A stretch of DNA of 64,000 bases from Raillietiella orientalis (taxonomy: Eukaryota): the NCBI GenBank assembly GCA_036172245.1, contig JAYWIR010000002.1, positions 992,001 to 1,056,000 on the forward strand, in the 5' to 3' direction. Position numbers and translations under genes: made by a program. Positions 1 to 12,667 of the stretch are shown piece by piece. Every line of letters begins with the position of its first letter. Positions within the stretch are counted from its first letter, which is position 1. The notes under the pieces are model-generated. The model searched no databases and was not told where the DNA came from. It was given only the letters and a program-made list of their open reading frames with translations.

Positions 1-3000
1 ATCTATCTCCTCGACAATGATAAGGAACGAACAGAGGAAACTGGGATGAGCGGTCTCTAGCTGCTTCATTCCACTGTGGACTCGATGCTCCGCCGTGCTT
101 TAGAAAATCCTTCTGCCAGGATGTGCTGCTTAAAGATTTTCACCTTATGCATGCGACTCTTGAGAGTAGCGATTATGGTACGCGTGCATTGGATTCTTTG
201 CAATGCGTTTATGGAAAATACAATGCTTCCATGAGATAATCCCTAGAGGGTTTTTTTCAAAGGCGTGACATTTGGGACTCCAATCTTCGGATATGCGCCA
301 TGGTGCTTTGTTGTGCAGCTGAATCTCTGTGGTTACAGTAATCTCTCTTGCCATGAATGTGGTCAGTCTTATAAACGATGAAAAAGACCTCGAGGAATGC
401 ACATTTTGTTTCTTTAAGTAAAATTCATTGACAATGGTGAGCTTATTCTTCTCTACTGTATAGCTTTCATGTACAGCCATCGATCAATCCTCCTAAATTT
501 AAAAAAAAAAAAAGAAGAAATAAGGATTTCTGGAAGTTTTATTAGCATCTGGACACAGCGTCTATCTAAATTCTTGAGTGCGTCAGTCTGTTTATAAATT
601 TCGTGAGGTTGCCATGCCATTTTGCATCTAGAAGGAATCTTCGCTGATGATCCTGTACGAATATGATCAGGATAAGAAACCAACTGGATTGTGATGAGAC
701 TCAGGTATTGCATTCTTCGTTAGCTGATCCTTGAAAATGGAAGTAGAACATGTCAGGAAACGAAATGCAGTGAGATGAAGAGCCCGTACCAACAGCCAAA
801 TTCATGGCCATCGAATGCAGAAAAGCTATTTCGGAAGATAAAGCACGAAAACTCAGGAAGTAATAGCGAAACACATCATCGGGAATAAACAGAGCCGTTG
901 CGCAATCGCTAGGAATCAGTTACAAGCTGCATGAGAAGACAGTGGGAATTCAAGAAGGAAAAATTCCTGAGTTTTCAGGCGTAGAAAGGATCACTTCCGA
1001 CTCTTCTGGAAAGCTTGCATTTCAATCCCTTGTCAATAAGGAGAGGTGGTCTCATTCTGGAAGGCTTCTGGTACTGTCACTGATCCAGATAGAATTTTAC
1101 AAGCTCAACCATTCCCTCAAGATTCGAGGGCTGTCACTTTTGACGTGCAAGTCATCTACAGCACAGTGGGTTTAAGGGACAGAGACCCTGGTAACGATGG
1201 GAAACTTTGTGAGACTGGGCTGGAGAACCACCTTCTGCACGACCACCTTTTCTTTTTCTCGCTTTCATCGACGCCTATTGAAGCTACGAGGCCAGTCATC
1301 AACGCTTGCCTGTTCTCCTTTTCTCACGTCTTCGCAAACACATCCACCAGCCAAACAAGAGGGAACAGAGCTTACGCAAAGGCCGCACTCGCACTGTTTG
1401 GAGACCACGCCCTCGAGGGCAGGCAGCAGTGCAAAGAGCACGGAGGCTGTTCCGTGGATCTCTTTTTCTCCGTAGAGACGAACTCGAGGGAGAAATCCAA
1501 ATCTCTGCGAACCGGAAAACTGGAGCAGCCTCCATTTCCAAGAAAAGAGTTGTGGTCAGGAAGACGAGGGGGTCGAGAAGTCTCAGAGCAGAGCGCAAGG
1601 GGAGCTTTCACTGCTGAAAGCCCGCCTGAGATGCTTGAAAGGATCGAACGAATCCCACATGGATGCGAGCGTCGAAATTCGGTGAAGGCAACGGAAGATG
1701 TCCAGATCAGAAGTGGAGAGCTGGATCAACGACTGGATGAATGCGTATCCGATTCTAAGGACACACACCAAGATGTGACTTCTGTGGGAGAACTGATCAG
1801 AGTGGGGTGGGATTCGCACGGGATCTTCTCAGCATTGCAAATGTGGCTGAGTGATGGCAGGTGAAAGCATGATCAGTTTGCGGAGAAGGCAAAGACAAAC
1901 TGTCTTCCGAATGACCCTGATAAGATGCAGACCACCGTTGCGAGAAGACTTCACTTCCAAGTCCCGAATTCTCGGGAAAAAGCTGTGCCAGGCCGTGGAG
2001 CAGACGCCTTCCCGATTGCCCACATGCTATCAGGAGAGCCGAACGCCTCCATTCCGGAAAGTGCTGCTAACGAGAAGGTCTTTGCTCTGGAGGACTCAAC
2101 ATATCACATCCGGGACCTGCGGAATCCTTCTTCGGTCTAGCATCCTCTCGTTGGTTTCCCTATTTCTAGGAAAGTTCAAGCGTAGGTTGGAATGCATCCT
2201 CTGTGAATTGTTCGCGCTCCCCGTGAAGACTAGCAATGAGAAACGCCGTCAGCACACGGCCATCCCACGGATTTAGGCATTCCCGATCCCGTTTTCAGAT
2301 TGCATTGGATTCTCTGCACTCCACTAGAGGAATTCAGAACTAGCACAGGATGCCAGAGAGAACCCCCTGTCTAAAAGATGACACACGGGGAGACGGAAAT
2401 TGAGCCGGGCAGCCATCGGATGCTTTGCAATCTCCTTCAACCTTTTCGCTCCGAGATATGATTCTGTGCTTGCGCCATATACTGAACGTCGCCGGAAACG
2501 CGCAGCAATTAAGCGGATGCAGAACTGCTGCGAGCTGTCTTTTCCTACGCATGCGTGGACGATTTCCGATTGATAGGGAGCACCAAGGCATCACCCGAGG
2601 TCTTTTCTCTGTCGCTGCGTGCTCGGAGATGCATCGCTTCTTCGCTACGTGCCAGGCCGCGGAGGCTGCGGCCCGCACTCCCACAGGAGGTCAAGACAAT
2701 GAGGCTGCTCGCCAATGGGCACGGGTGACATCAGCAGGAATGTCCATTCAGCAGGGTTGCAAGTCGACTCGTAACTGTCGTCAAAAATTCGGAAGAATCG
2801 AACCAACGTCGTGGAGGTTTTCTGATCCATTGGAAGATCGACATCGTTCGGGAAAGCGATGGGAGTAGGAAAAAAAAAAAAAAAAAGGAGTGGAAAGACA
2901 CTGCGATCTGGCTCTTTTTTCTTCTTGGGATCGGTCCGAGCGTCGAGGGAACTCGAGGTCCACACATGCAAATTGCACGAGACTCATGGTGGCACGTTCC

Positions 3001-4330
3001 AATATAATCAACTGTGAAAGCAGCGCCCTCCGGCGGCGTTGGCGGCGGCGATCGTGTGCACAGGAGGCGTGTGGCGTGGGTGGGATCCCCTAAAGTGCAT
3101 GCTCAACCACTGTACTCGCAGCTCCAGTGTGATTACCGGGAGAGAGCGGCTCGGATCAAGAGGACCAGCAAGGAAGATTGGGTGTCGATGGCCTCGGGTC
3201 AGCTCATTCCGGAAGTATATTCACACTGAGACCGGATCTGTGCTCCGGGGAGGAACACGCGTATCGGACATGCACAGCATGGGTAATACCATGTTGGACG
3301 TCTCCTGTCCCTTCGATAACACAGTGGCTCGGGAAGCAGCAAGACAACGGAAAGCGAGCTGGTACCGAGGGTTGGTTTTTCATTGGGCCGCTGGGGGAGC
3401 ACCTGCGTCAGCGCAGAGAGACAGTGGCAGACATTTCTGGTTCTTAGAATCCGGAGAATGACGGCTCCATAAGAGAGTTCCAGGTATCCCGTGAAATACA
3501 AGAGAAGCATGTGCCCGAGCTGGGGAAAAGTGGCAAGCACCTGAACATGCAACACTTCCGGGACATGTGCTAGAACCACGGGTTGGACAGGGACGAAGCT
3601 ACCTTCGAGAATTGCATCTCATCATGCGGAGATGAGGAGAACAGGTGGATAGCAGAGAAGAGAGATCCAGCTTCCCCTATTTTGGGCGCACTCCTTGTTG
3701 GCACGCGCCGTACATGGCAAATGCTGTGGAGCTGCAGAAGACACAGGAAGAGCCGTCTGGGTCATCAGCCAGATGGTGAAGTTGACCCGAAATCTTCAAG
3801 ATGGAATCCCGAGGAGCAACACCAAGCACTGCGGCAAGCGGCGGTCCCCTCTGTCTTTTTCGGAGGACGAATTCGCGTTCTTCGGTACTGCATATCTGAA
3901 ACAGCCACTGCACCTTGGAAGCATTCTCCGGAAGCAAGAAAATTTGATTTCTAATCGAAGGGAGGATTAAAATGATGGAATGGCTACACAGGACGTGACC
4001 CAAACTTTCGAGTAAATCTGCCCTGCACCTTGGGGCTGCATGTGCCACTTCTTGCTTCCGCCATCCGGACGAGGTCTGTGGGCCGCACCACGCACATAGT
4101 TGAAGACGCTGTCCGTGACTACCGAACCGAGAACGAAGGAGTTCCAAGCATTGTGGTCGTCGGACTACTTCGTAAAGTGCTTTCGCTCTCCTATGGACAT
4201 TCCCCTCCGCAAGCCATTTTGTCCGCCTCCTGATCCATTCTTTGCTTTTCAAGGTGAAGTTCTTCTAGGGCTTTATCATCCGCACTTTGCGCTTCCTTCA
4301 CACGTGACCACTGTCGTTCTCCAATGGTTC
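1..4330 (+). mobile_element. Degenerate L1/Tx1-like LINE, ORF2 relic (linker, RT, C-terminus); runs off the left edge
   Basis: Ordered decayed motifs across frameshifts: MKSP at 775 (~KSPG); GRLLVLSLIQIEFYKLNHSLKIRG at ~1060-1130 (~WRPISLLNxDYKILAKxLAxRL); GGCSVDLFFSVE at ~1442 (~QGCPLSPxLF..E); DLGIPDP at 2270 (~GGLGIxD); TWQMLWSCRR at ~3712 (~WxIWxxR). Many stops and indels. Confidence 0.7.
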
Positions 4331-4349
4331 ACTTTCAGGTATTTCTTCC

Positions 4350-7300
4350 TTTTTCTTCTCCATCTCACTGATGGGCTCGTGGGAAGTTACTCTTCAAGAC
4401 CACCTCCCAGATCGCCTTTGTGGAGGCTACCGTGAAGTCTTCCAGCATCCTGCTTTTTGCCCGACCTCGCTGGTGCCAAGCTCATTTCAGCGGAGTAGAA
4501 GCATAGAACAAGATTCGGGGATTCGGGTGCTTCCATTCCGCTTTGCTACCAAGATGAAACGCTGAGGAGCAAGAGGTAGGGAAATGGAGGAGGGTGAGCT
4601 CTCGGATGCTCCACTTCACAGATCCCCTCGCCCGCTACTGACTCCTGGCTGCTCCTCGACGATCGCTTGGAACTGCAGCCGCATTGCGGATTCTTCCTTG
4701 CGAAGGGAAGGGGATGACCAGAACCTATGGCACAGCCTCTCCTCCCTTTCCTCCATCCGTCTCCCACGCTCCCTCCCTGCCTTCCTTCCTCCTTCCGCTT
4801 CCTATCGTGAGATTTTGAGGGCGTCAGAGGCGATACTGCGGTTTCGGGGTGTCCGCTTAGGCGATCCTCCTGGTCTTTCCCGTCCGGTCCGCTTCCGTTT
4901 GGCTTCGACTCTCCGTCCCCCTCCCACGAGGACCACCTGAGTAGGCCGGGACCTCTCAGAGCAGCGACGCATTCCTTAGAGTCCACGACCGGCCCGGAGC
5001 TCTCCACGTCGGCAACGAGACCCTGAATTCTGAAGGCAGCTCTAAGCAACCCAGTTAGTGAGCTGGGAGGAGCGGCGGAAGGCAGAAGGACGAGGGAGGG
5101 AGGGGAGGAGGAGAGCGTGTGCGATCCTGGACGAGGGAGTCAGCCTGCGGTGGAGGCCCTGAGCGACCGTGACCTAAGCGCCGCTTGGTGGCGGGGAGAG
5201 GGAGGTCGAGTTCTCTGCAGAGGGGCAAAGAATCCTTCCCCTTGCTGCCCTCCCTGAGGCAGTGATGGGAGCCTGCAAGGTCCACTCCCAGGGACCCCAG
5301 GGAGCTACAGGAGGGGAGGGCGGCGACCGCCAGCACCGCCGTGGGGCACGACACGCCGTAACCTCCCCGTGGGAACGTCTCACCAGACGGAGCTCCCCGG
5401 CGGGAGGGAAGGGGAGCAGGGAGGGGAGGTTTTCGGGAGGAGTTTCCCTGCTCTCCTTCAGGCAGGGAGGTCCTCGCACCTTAGCTGTCCCCTTCCCCCT
5501 CCCGGAAACCCTCGGAGATCTCCCGGTGGCGCGCACACAGGTCTCCTTGGAAGCCGCTGCGTCATTGTTTACGCGGGCGTCTAATTGGGCCACGTCCCGA
5601 CTGCCGCCGCAGGGACCTACGCCGCCCCCTTCCTTCCCCGCGATCCGTCGCAGGCTGGAATTACGAATTAGGGAACCCGTAATTTCCCCTCCCCCTCCCG
5701 GAGCGTTTAATTTGGAGATCGCTCTGGGAGCAGGGGGGGAGGAGGGGAAGTGAAGTCCCCTGCAGGAAGTCAGCCGTCCCACCTGTTGCAGGAGGAGGCG
5801 CGCGCGCGCGCTCTCACCCAGAGAGAAAACATAGGCTGGACCTCCTCCGACTTTCCTCTTCCAGGGAGCCGGAACTCACAAGAGCGAGAGAGAAGACGTC
5901 TCACCGTCCCTCCTCTTCCTTTTCCGAACGCTGCGCGGGACCGACCGAAATGCGCACGGAAGAGCCGCGTTTCCCTCCACGTCGCGGAGGCGCCGCTGTC
6001 CCGGCGAGGGCACAGGCGCTCCCACTGTCGCTGCGCCGCAGGCGGAAAGAACTGGCAGGGGGCGGGAGGCACTCGCGGGAAGCGCGCCCCTCTTCCCGGA
6101 GGAGCCGTTCCGTGCAGCCGCTCCCGAGCTGGTCACGGAGCAGCTGGAAACGAGCAGAGATCCTCGGGGGAGAGAAGGGAAGGGACCGCTCTCTTCCCTG
6201 CGGCTCGCCCTGCACGCGCAGGGTCCCATCAGTCTCTCTCCCTCTCCTTTGTTTCCCCGTCCTCCCACCGTCCAGTCCCTGGGGCCTCAAACGGGAGCGA
6301 AGGGGTGAGAGTAACGAGGCATTGGCCCCGGAGGGCTAAAAAGAGGGGTCGTCGGCCCCCCTTTCCATTCCCTCGGTTCCCACAGGATCTCTGGAGCTTC
6401 CTGGGGGGGAGGGGGCGAGAAAGGGAAGCACCGGGTCCCTCTGCAAGAGCGGGTCGGGATGGTGGAGGAGCAGAGAAGGACGGGAAAACGGAGGAGGAAT
6501 CTCCGCAGAGGACCCGTGGAGAGCTTCGCCTTCCCCTTCGCCTTCCCTGAGTCCACGTCCCGCCGACTTTGTGACTTGCCGGAAGAAGGCAATAGGCTTC
6601 CTGGTTCCCATTCCTTCCTACTCTTCTACCCGCCGGGCAGCGCTCTCCTTCGAGAGATCGATTTCCAGGGTACCTCCCCCTAGAGTTCCATCCTGGCTGC
6701 CTGCCTCTGAAGCCGAGGACTGAGAAGATGTTGGAAGGCGCATCGGAAGGGGCGACGGTGTGCGAAATTGGTCCGGGTGCTGCGGGACATTGGAAAACTA
6801 GGAAACGTCGGGAGTTTCGGAAACGCGAATCTCCCGGAATTGCAGTAGTCTCTCGGAGGGGAAGGAAGACGGCACCTGTCCCCCAACAGGATGACCCTCC
6901 AGAAAAAGGATCTATTCCTCCCCCTTTTTAGCATCCGCTGGAGTCGAGAGCACACTGTTCCAGGGATTTTAATGTCCCCCAAGGAAGGAGGAAGGAAGGA
7001 GAAGAAGAAAGATGTAGAGGAGGAAGGGAGGAGGCGAAGGAGAAGGAAAAAAGGAGGAGGAAGAAGAAGATAGGAAGAAAGGGGAGGAAGAAGGTAGGAT
7101 GGGTTAGCTATTCCCATCGACCCGTACGGATGGATGGTGGATGAGGGATAGGAGTGGGAAGGAGCCCGCAGAGTTCGCCTCCAAAGCTGAGGAATGGAAG
7201 GAGGCCACGGAGAGATCTCATCTTTCCTCTTCCCATCCGCGGAGGTGACCTAGCCTTGTCCCCCTACCGCTCTTTTTCCGTTCCGGAAAGGTACGCAGAA

Positions 7301-8800
7301 AGTGAACCAGGGATGGAAGGGAACGGAGAAGGTCCCTTCCAACCTTTGGCCTCTGCACCACCGCGGACCCGGAGGGAACCCCTGTCCTATTTTTCCTACT
7401 CAAGACGCCCGAAGGTGGCTTCTTCAGGAGGCAAAGCGGGGGATCTTTGAAAGCGGCTTAGGGACCGAGGGGATGAGGATGCATCCCACGCCCCGCCCTG
7501 CGGGGAGAGAGGCGAAGGTTTCCTGAGGCTGCAGCGTCACCTTTTCCGGCACACAAGAACACGGTTAAATGACTCTGGAATCCAGGGAAGAGTTCTCCCA
7601 AGAAAAGTTTCGCCCGGAACAACCTCATCTGTTCATCTTTTCCCGTTGCTCCTTCTTTCTATCAGTGATGCGCTCCGAGGTCATGTCTCCTCCCTTCCTT
7701 GCGAGAGGGTGCAGCCTGGGGCAAGAGCTCTTCTTCTGGGAAGAACAAGCGAACTGCAGATCCTCATCCCCTGGAATCAGTTACTTGGATGGACATTCTC
7801 CTTGAAGCAGATGGTGGGAAAAGAAAGGAACTCTCTAGAGGAGGTCCCCTGGGGGTTCTGCTGTCCCTGCTCCCCTTCTTCCAGGCTCACGCGCGTGTCT
7901 GCGAGCCCCTTCGGGGGCTGGCATTGCACTGGGCGAATCCCTCGGGAAGAGCTCACTCTCTGAGAGATCCCGAAGTTTCAGCGTGCCTTCTCATCCTAGA
8001 CCAAGAGGGAGAGGAAGAGCGGAAGAGAAAGCCTCTCCAGGAGGCTTCGGAAATCCTGTGGACGCACCTCGCGGTCCAGGGTCAGCGGCGGCCTTCCAAG
8101 AGGCGCGTCTCTCCTATCTGATGCCCATCCGCAGCGCTGCCTATGAACTCCCCTTCCTTCTCCCTCCTTCCTGTCCCTCAGGGTGGGGAGGCATCCGGGG
8201 GTCTCAGCAGCTGCGAGGCAGGACGCATGGGGGAGGGAGGATCGTCAGTCAGAAACTGGCGTTCTGTGCCTCTTCCCAGACTCCCGGTTTCTGGGGGAAC
8301 AGCGGCGTCCTGCGGAGCTCACAATTTCTCCGAAGAAGGAGGAAAGGGCGGTGGAGGGAGGAAGGGGTCGCTGCCGTCACGACTCCTCGGAGTACTCTTG
8401 GGAAACGGGCGGGAGGCCAGAAAGGGACGGTGCGGACGCGCGACTGAGACTCTCTCATCCCTCAGCGAAGGCGGCGCTGTTCCCCTTCCGGCAGTTTTCC
8501 GAGGAAACGGCGGCTGCGGCGCCATCCTCTTCGAGCCGTGCTGTTGCTGCTGCTGAACGGTGGGGACAGAGAGGGGACTGGCCTTGCTGCCGCCGCCGCC
8601 GCCGCATCAGCTCGCGAAGTCCGTAACCAGCGCCCGCGGCATCGGCGTCGGCGGTGAAAGCCCGCTGCCCCGCGGGAAGAGGCGAGGGAGGGGTGTGTGG
8701 AGCGCCTTTTTCTCTCGCTTCCTCCTCCCCCACTTGGGCGCGCTCTGAGATCCTCCGTGGGCTTTGGCGCGACGCGCCTGAGCCGCGGTTGTTTACGAGA
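4350..8800 (+). mobile_element. Degenerate 5'-truncated LINE ORF2 relic, GC-rich
   Basis: SYREILRA at ~4800 (~YKILAK); VTSPWERL at ~5357 (~DxVxWxxL); FRQGGPRTLAVPFPLPETL at 5457 (~RQGxPLSPxLFxLxxExL); SFLGG at ~6395 (~FLWG); VWSA at ~8695. Followed by a purine-rich tract at ~9050-9220. Confidence 0.55.
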
Positions 8801-9299
8801 AATTAATGGGACTCCGCTTTCATAAACAACCGGGCGTCCGCGCCGAAATCCGCAGCTTCCTCTCCGGGACCATCTCGATGACGAACGCGCACTTCCACCG
8901 CACGCCGTTCCCGGAGCGGCAACGATCTCGACGGCAGCTGCTTTGGGGAAATCACAGGAGGACGGGAAAAAATGGCTCGGGTTCCGAAAGAACACGGGAG
9001 AGGCGAGGCCCGGCTTAATTAGAACTCTCCGGGCCCAAAACAAAAGGCCGGGACGAAGAGCGGGAGGAGAGGGAAGAGGTAGGAGAGGAAAAAAAAAGGG
9101 GGAGGGGAAGGGGAGAGGGAAGCAAGGAAGAAAAGGAAGAAGAGGAGGGGCAAAAAGAAAAAAACGGAAAAAAATCGAGCAAGGGGGGAGAGGAGGAGGA
9201 GGCATTCGTGGAAGAGGAGGCCCGGGAGCGCACCTACGCGACTCGGGAATAGCGTTCCTGGAGCCATAAACGTCACCGGCGATTCCAGCAGAGCACAAA

Positions 9300-11350
9300 A
9301 AACAGACCCATGATGAATCAATGAGCAATGAGTGTCAGAACGTCCGATCCAGGATAAGTCATGAATATTGATTGCGGCTTCCCGTCCGCAGGAAGCGAAA
9401 CGGCGCTGTCATGAACGGCGTTGGGATCGTTATGGAGCCATTCTGCTCTCGATGGAAGAGCCTGGTTTCCAGGCAGCGCCGCCCGCGGTGCGCTGGTTTT
9501 GTTTCGTTCCCCTCCCCTTCCCCTCCCCCCGTTCTCCCGCCGAGTTGGCAGCGACGCCCGCGCGGTTCCGACACGGGGAACGCGGCCCACGCTTTTCCCA
9601 CGCCACCCACTCCCCACCTTTTGCCACCTGCCCTTCTCCTGTCCGTCTATGTCCCGTCCCTCCGGCAGGAGTTCGCTCCAGGAAGGAGGGATGGAAAGGG
9701 GAGAGGGTATCCGGAACCTCTCCTGACAGGATGTTCCCTCCTCTCCTTCGCGGACGACGATTCCTGGGGTGCGCGCTCCGGGACACCGCTCCGCGGCGAC
9801 CCTGTCCTCCGAGCGGACTCCGGAACGCAAGGTCAATTTCCGTCTGATACCGGAGGCATCTTTCCCTGCGCGCATCCCGGGAAACTCGCGCCTCCCCTTC
9901 CGCGGACACAAGTTCCCGCTTCCGGTTTCCGGCTCGCGCCCAGGTCGCGCAGACTCCTCCCGGCTGTCCCCGGTAGGTCAGCAGAAGGGCAGTGGCAATG
10001 TCCTGCCTCGCCAGCCGCCCCCAGCGGCGAAGCTGGGAGGGCTGGCATGCTGTTGCGCGTCCAGTTCCCGCGGTCTTTGGTCATTCTGAGACGGCCTTCT
10101 GTCCCTAATGCTTCCACCTCGTTCGTCCCTTCCCCCTGTCCTCTTCATCTGCTGCGGACAAACCAAAGGAAAAATCACCACGTGATCCAGGGAAAGAAAA
10201 AACGGGAACACCTGAGGGACAGCAAGGAAGAACGGTTCTTCTCTGGCCATGGAAGGGACGGGAAGGGAGTTCCTTTCTGATGAACCTAATTGTAAGCGAC
10301 GACCTGAGCCAGAAGAGGAAGCTCCGTGGAGACGAGCTGCCTCCCCTCCTCGGAGGCAATCAGGAAGAGTGAAGAATCCAGTCCGAGATCCCGTGCGCTT
10401 CCGGTAGGAACCGTCGCGGGAAAGAAGAGAGAAGAGTCGAGGTGGCATCAGGTGCTGAGAGAGGAACCTAAAGATTGATCCATTCGGGCTGAGTCCTGCT
10501 GCTGCTCCAGTGGCCCCTCACTAAAGGACAGATGGAGGGGACTGAACCTCAACAACGCTTTCCTGATTTAAAACAGATGCAGAGAGCGGGATGTAAAAGA
10601 AATGGGCGCTCTCTTCCTTGCAAAGGAAGAGTCCCCTCGGCTTTGCACCAACCCAAACATCCGGCGGCAAGCAGAGCATTCCCTCGAGATGTCATCTTTA
10701 CTTCTGGGAGGAGTTCCCACGGAAGGCGTGCATTCTCTCTATCGACGACCTTCAAGGAGGAAATTTGGGGCGTTCTCATGGACCAGAGTAGCGGAGGATG
10801 CTCAGGTGGTGCAAGGTTACTCTCTCGGCAAGCTGGAATTGTAGGGAGCTCAGTCTTTTACGGCTGCTCCGGAAGTAGTTGCTGCTTCCATCGATCAGAG
10901 AATGGTTTCCCACACTGCTCGAGAGGCTAGAAGGATTCTTCTGCTGCAAGGGTTGACCAGCTTTGGATGTTTGGATGAAAGGCGCGAAGAATTCCGAGCA
11001 GTCAGCTTCCAAAAATCAGGTGCACCCATTCCTCAGGCCATCGGAAGTTGCCAGAGAAATCCAGCTTGCATCTTGGGAGCGTTCCCATCCGACCTCGTGG
11101 AACTCCCCCGACCTAGTCCCCCAAATTGGTGACCCTGAACTCCATCGAAGGCCTCCGTCCGTTCTGAGGGGCTGATGCTTGGATACTTTCGCTCATCGGA
11201 GGCACTTCCTTCCTGAGAAAGGTTCTGGAAGCGGCATCGCTCGGAAATTCAGGGAGGCTACAGGAGGCATGCGGGCGCGCGCATCGGAGGTAGAAACTGG
11301 ACCCCTTGAAGTTTGCTCTGGAGGCTGCGGGTACACAACCGCCGTTCGCG
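9300..11350 (+). mobile_element. Possible 5' LINE fragment with decayed APE endonuclease
   Basis: DVIF at 10688 (~DVIFLQE), AGIVG (~GVAI), RRILLL, ILGAF at ~11070 (~ILGGDFN) in the expected order. Matches are weak. Confidence 0.4.
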
Positions 11351-11364
11351 GACAGCCAGGAAGA

Positions 11365-11373
11365 CAGGCAGGT

Positions 11374-11436
<63 letters not shown>
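11365..11436. repeat. (CAGG/GGCA)n tetranucleotide microsatellite, ~18 units
   Basis: Direct reading; one TAGG variant unit. Confidence 0.97.
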
Positions 11437-11437
<1 letters not shown>

Positions 11438-12632
11438 GAGCGGAAAATATGGATGGGCTCACCACGAAGATGGTGGGAACGAGATCAGCAGGAGGACCGA
11501 CCGGAAGAAGAGGCGAGGCGAATGGGAGCGTGGTTGCGCAAGGAACGCCTGTACAGTAAATCAGATTTCCTCTCCCTCTCTCCTCCTTCCGACGTCGTTC
11601 TATCGATCTTGCAGGAGAAACGTGGTGCGCGAACGGCAGCAGCAGAAGGGCGCGAAAGGGAGGGGGGGGGGGAGGTTCTTGCCCAGTCGATTTTCCTTAA
11701 TTTTAATCGCCGTTCTTGAGTTCGGGCGGGAGCGGATCCTCTCCCACTCCGCCAAGGCTTCGTTCCTAGTCGGCCGTTTCCCATCACGAATTTCGCTGAC
11801 GACAGAACAAACCAATTAGAAAAAAGGAGAGAGAGGGAGAGAGAGGGAGGAAAATCATTTCAGCCGACGCCGGAACCATTTGCTGTTTGCTTAAGCCGCA
11901 TCGGGAGCACCAGCCATCCCTTCTGCAGCGATAACACCCGATAGCAACCGTAAGATTGTTCCTGCGTTCTGGAGGCAGGACGATATTTTTCGTGAATGCT
12001 CCGAGTAATCAAATATGATTTATAAAGAGACAGCGCGAAACCGTTTATTGCACTGCTGACTCCAAGAATAACTTGGCTAGGAAACCATTAAATGTTGTTA
12101 GCAGTTATCAAGAGATCATTTGTCTTCCGAACCCATTTGCTTGTATTGTCATTTCCTCGTACTTTATATCTCATAAATACGTACGTTTTCTAGGAGTACG
12201 TCATATTATGTGTTCATCAGCCATGCTCTCTGCCGCTGCAAGGCAAAACGTTTCGGGAATCGATTCGGCTTGCCTATCCTGGAATTCAAACAAACTCTTT
12301 CCCGTGATCGAAGACCTCAATCCATCTTTTTAAAAATAGAACGAGAGAAACATAAACCGCTACCTGGCGCGAGGAATTTTTCAAACGGCGAATTGTGGTA
12401 ACCTTTAACCTATGGTCTTGCTCGTACGTGACACATGACTGCACACTTATTAATTAGCAATAATTGGCAAAGCACGAGGACGACTTGTCCAGGGAAGCAA
12501 ATTTTTTTGCTGGATTTTGCGGAGGCGTGGAAGGAATTTTCTTCTCGGCGAGGCTCGGCTCCGTGCTCGTGCACTGTTTGGGAAGGAAGGGAGGATGGCA
12601 CGACGTGATCGGAGGTTTCCCACGAGCATCCC

Positions 12633-12667
12633 TGTGTGTGTGTGTGTGTGTGCGTGTGCGTGTGTGT
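12633..12667. repeat. (TG)n microsatellite with CG interruptions
   Basis: Direct reading. Confidence 0.95.

Noticed and set aside
145..480. Minus-strand ORF with NKAP, suggesting a separate minus LINE
   Set aside because: The plus strand gives a longer, correctly spaced motif chain (FF, FY..L, KSP, YK) through the same region.
9309..9375. C/D box snoRNA candidate (ATGATGA); similar box at ~47202
   Set aside because: No suitably placed CTGA D box with a terminal stem, and no recognisable rRNA guide.
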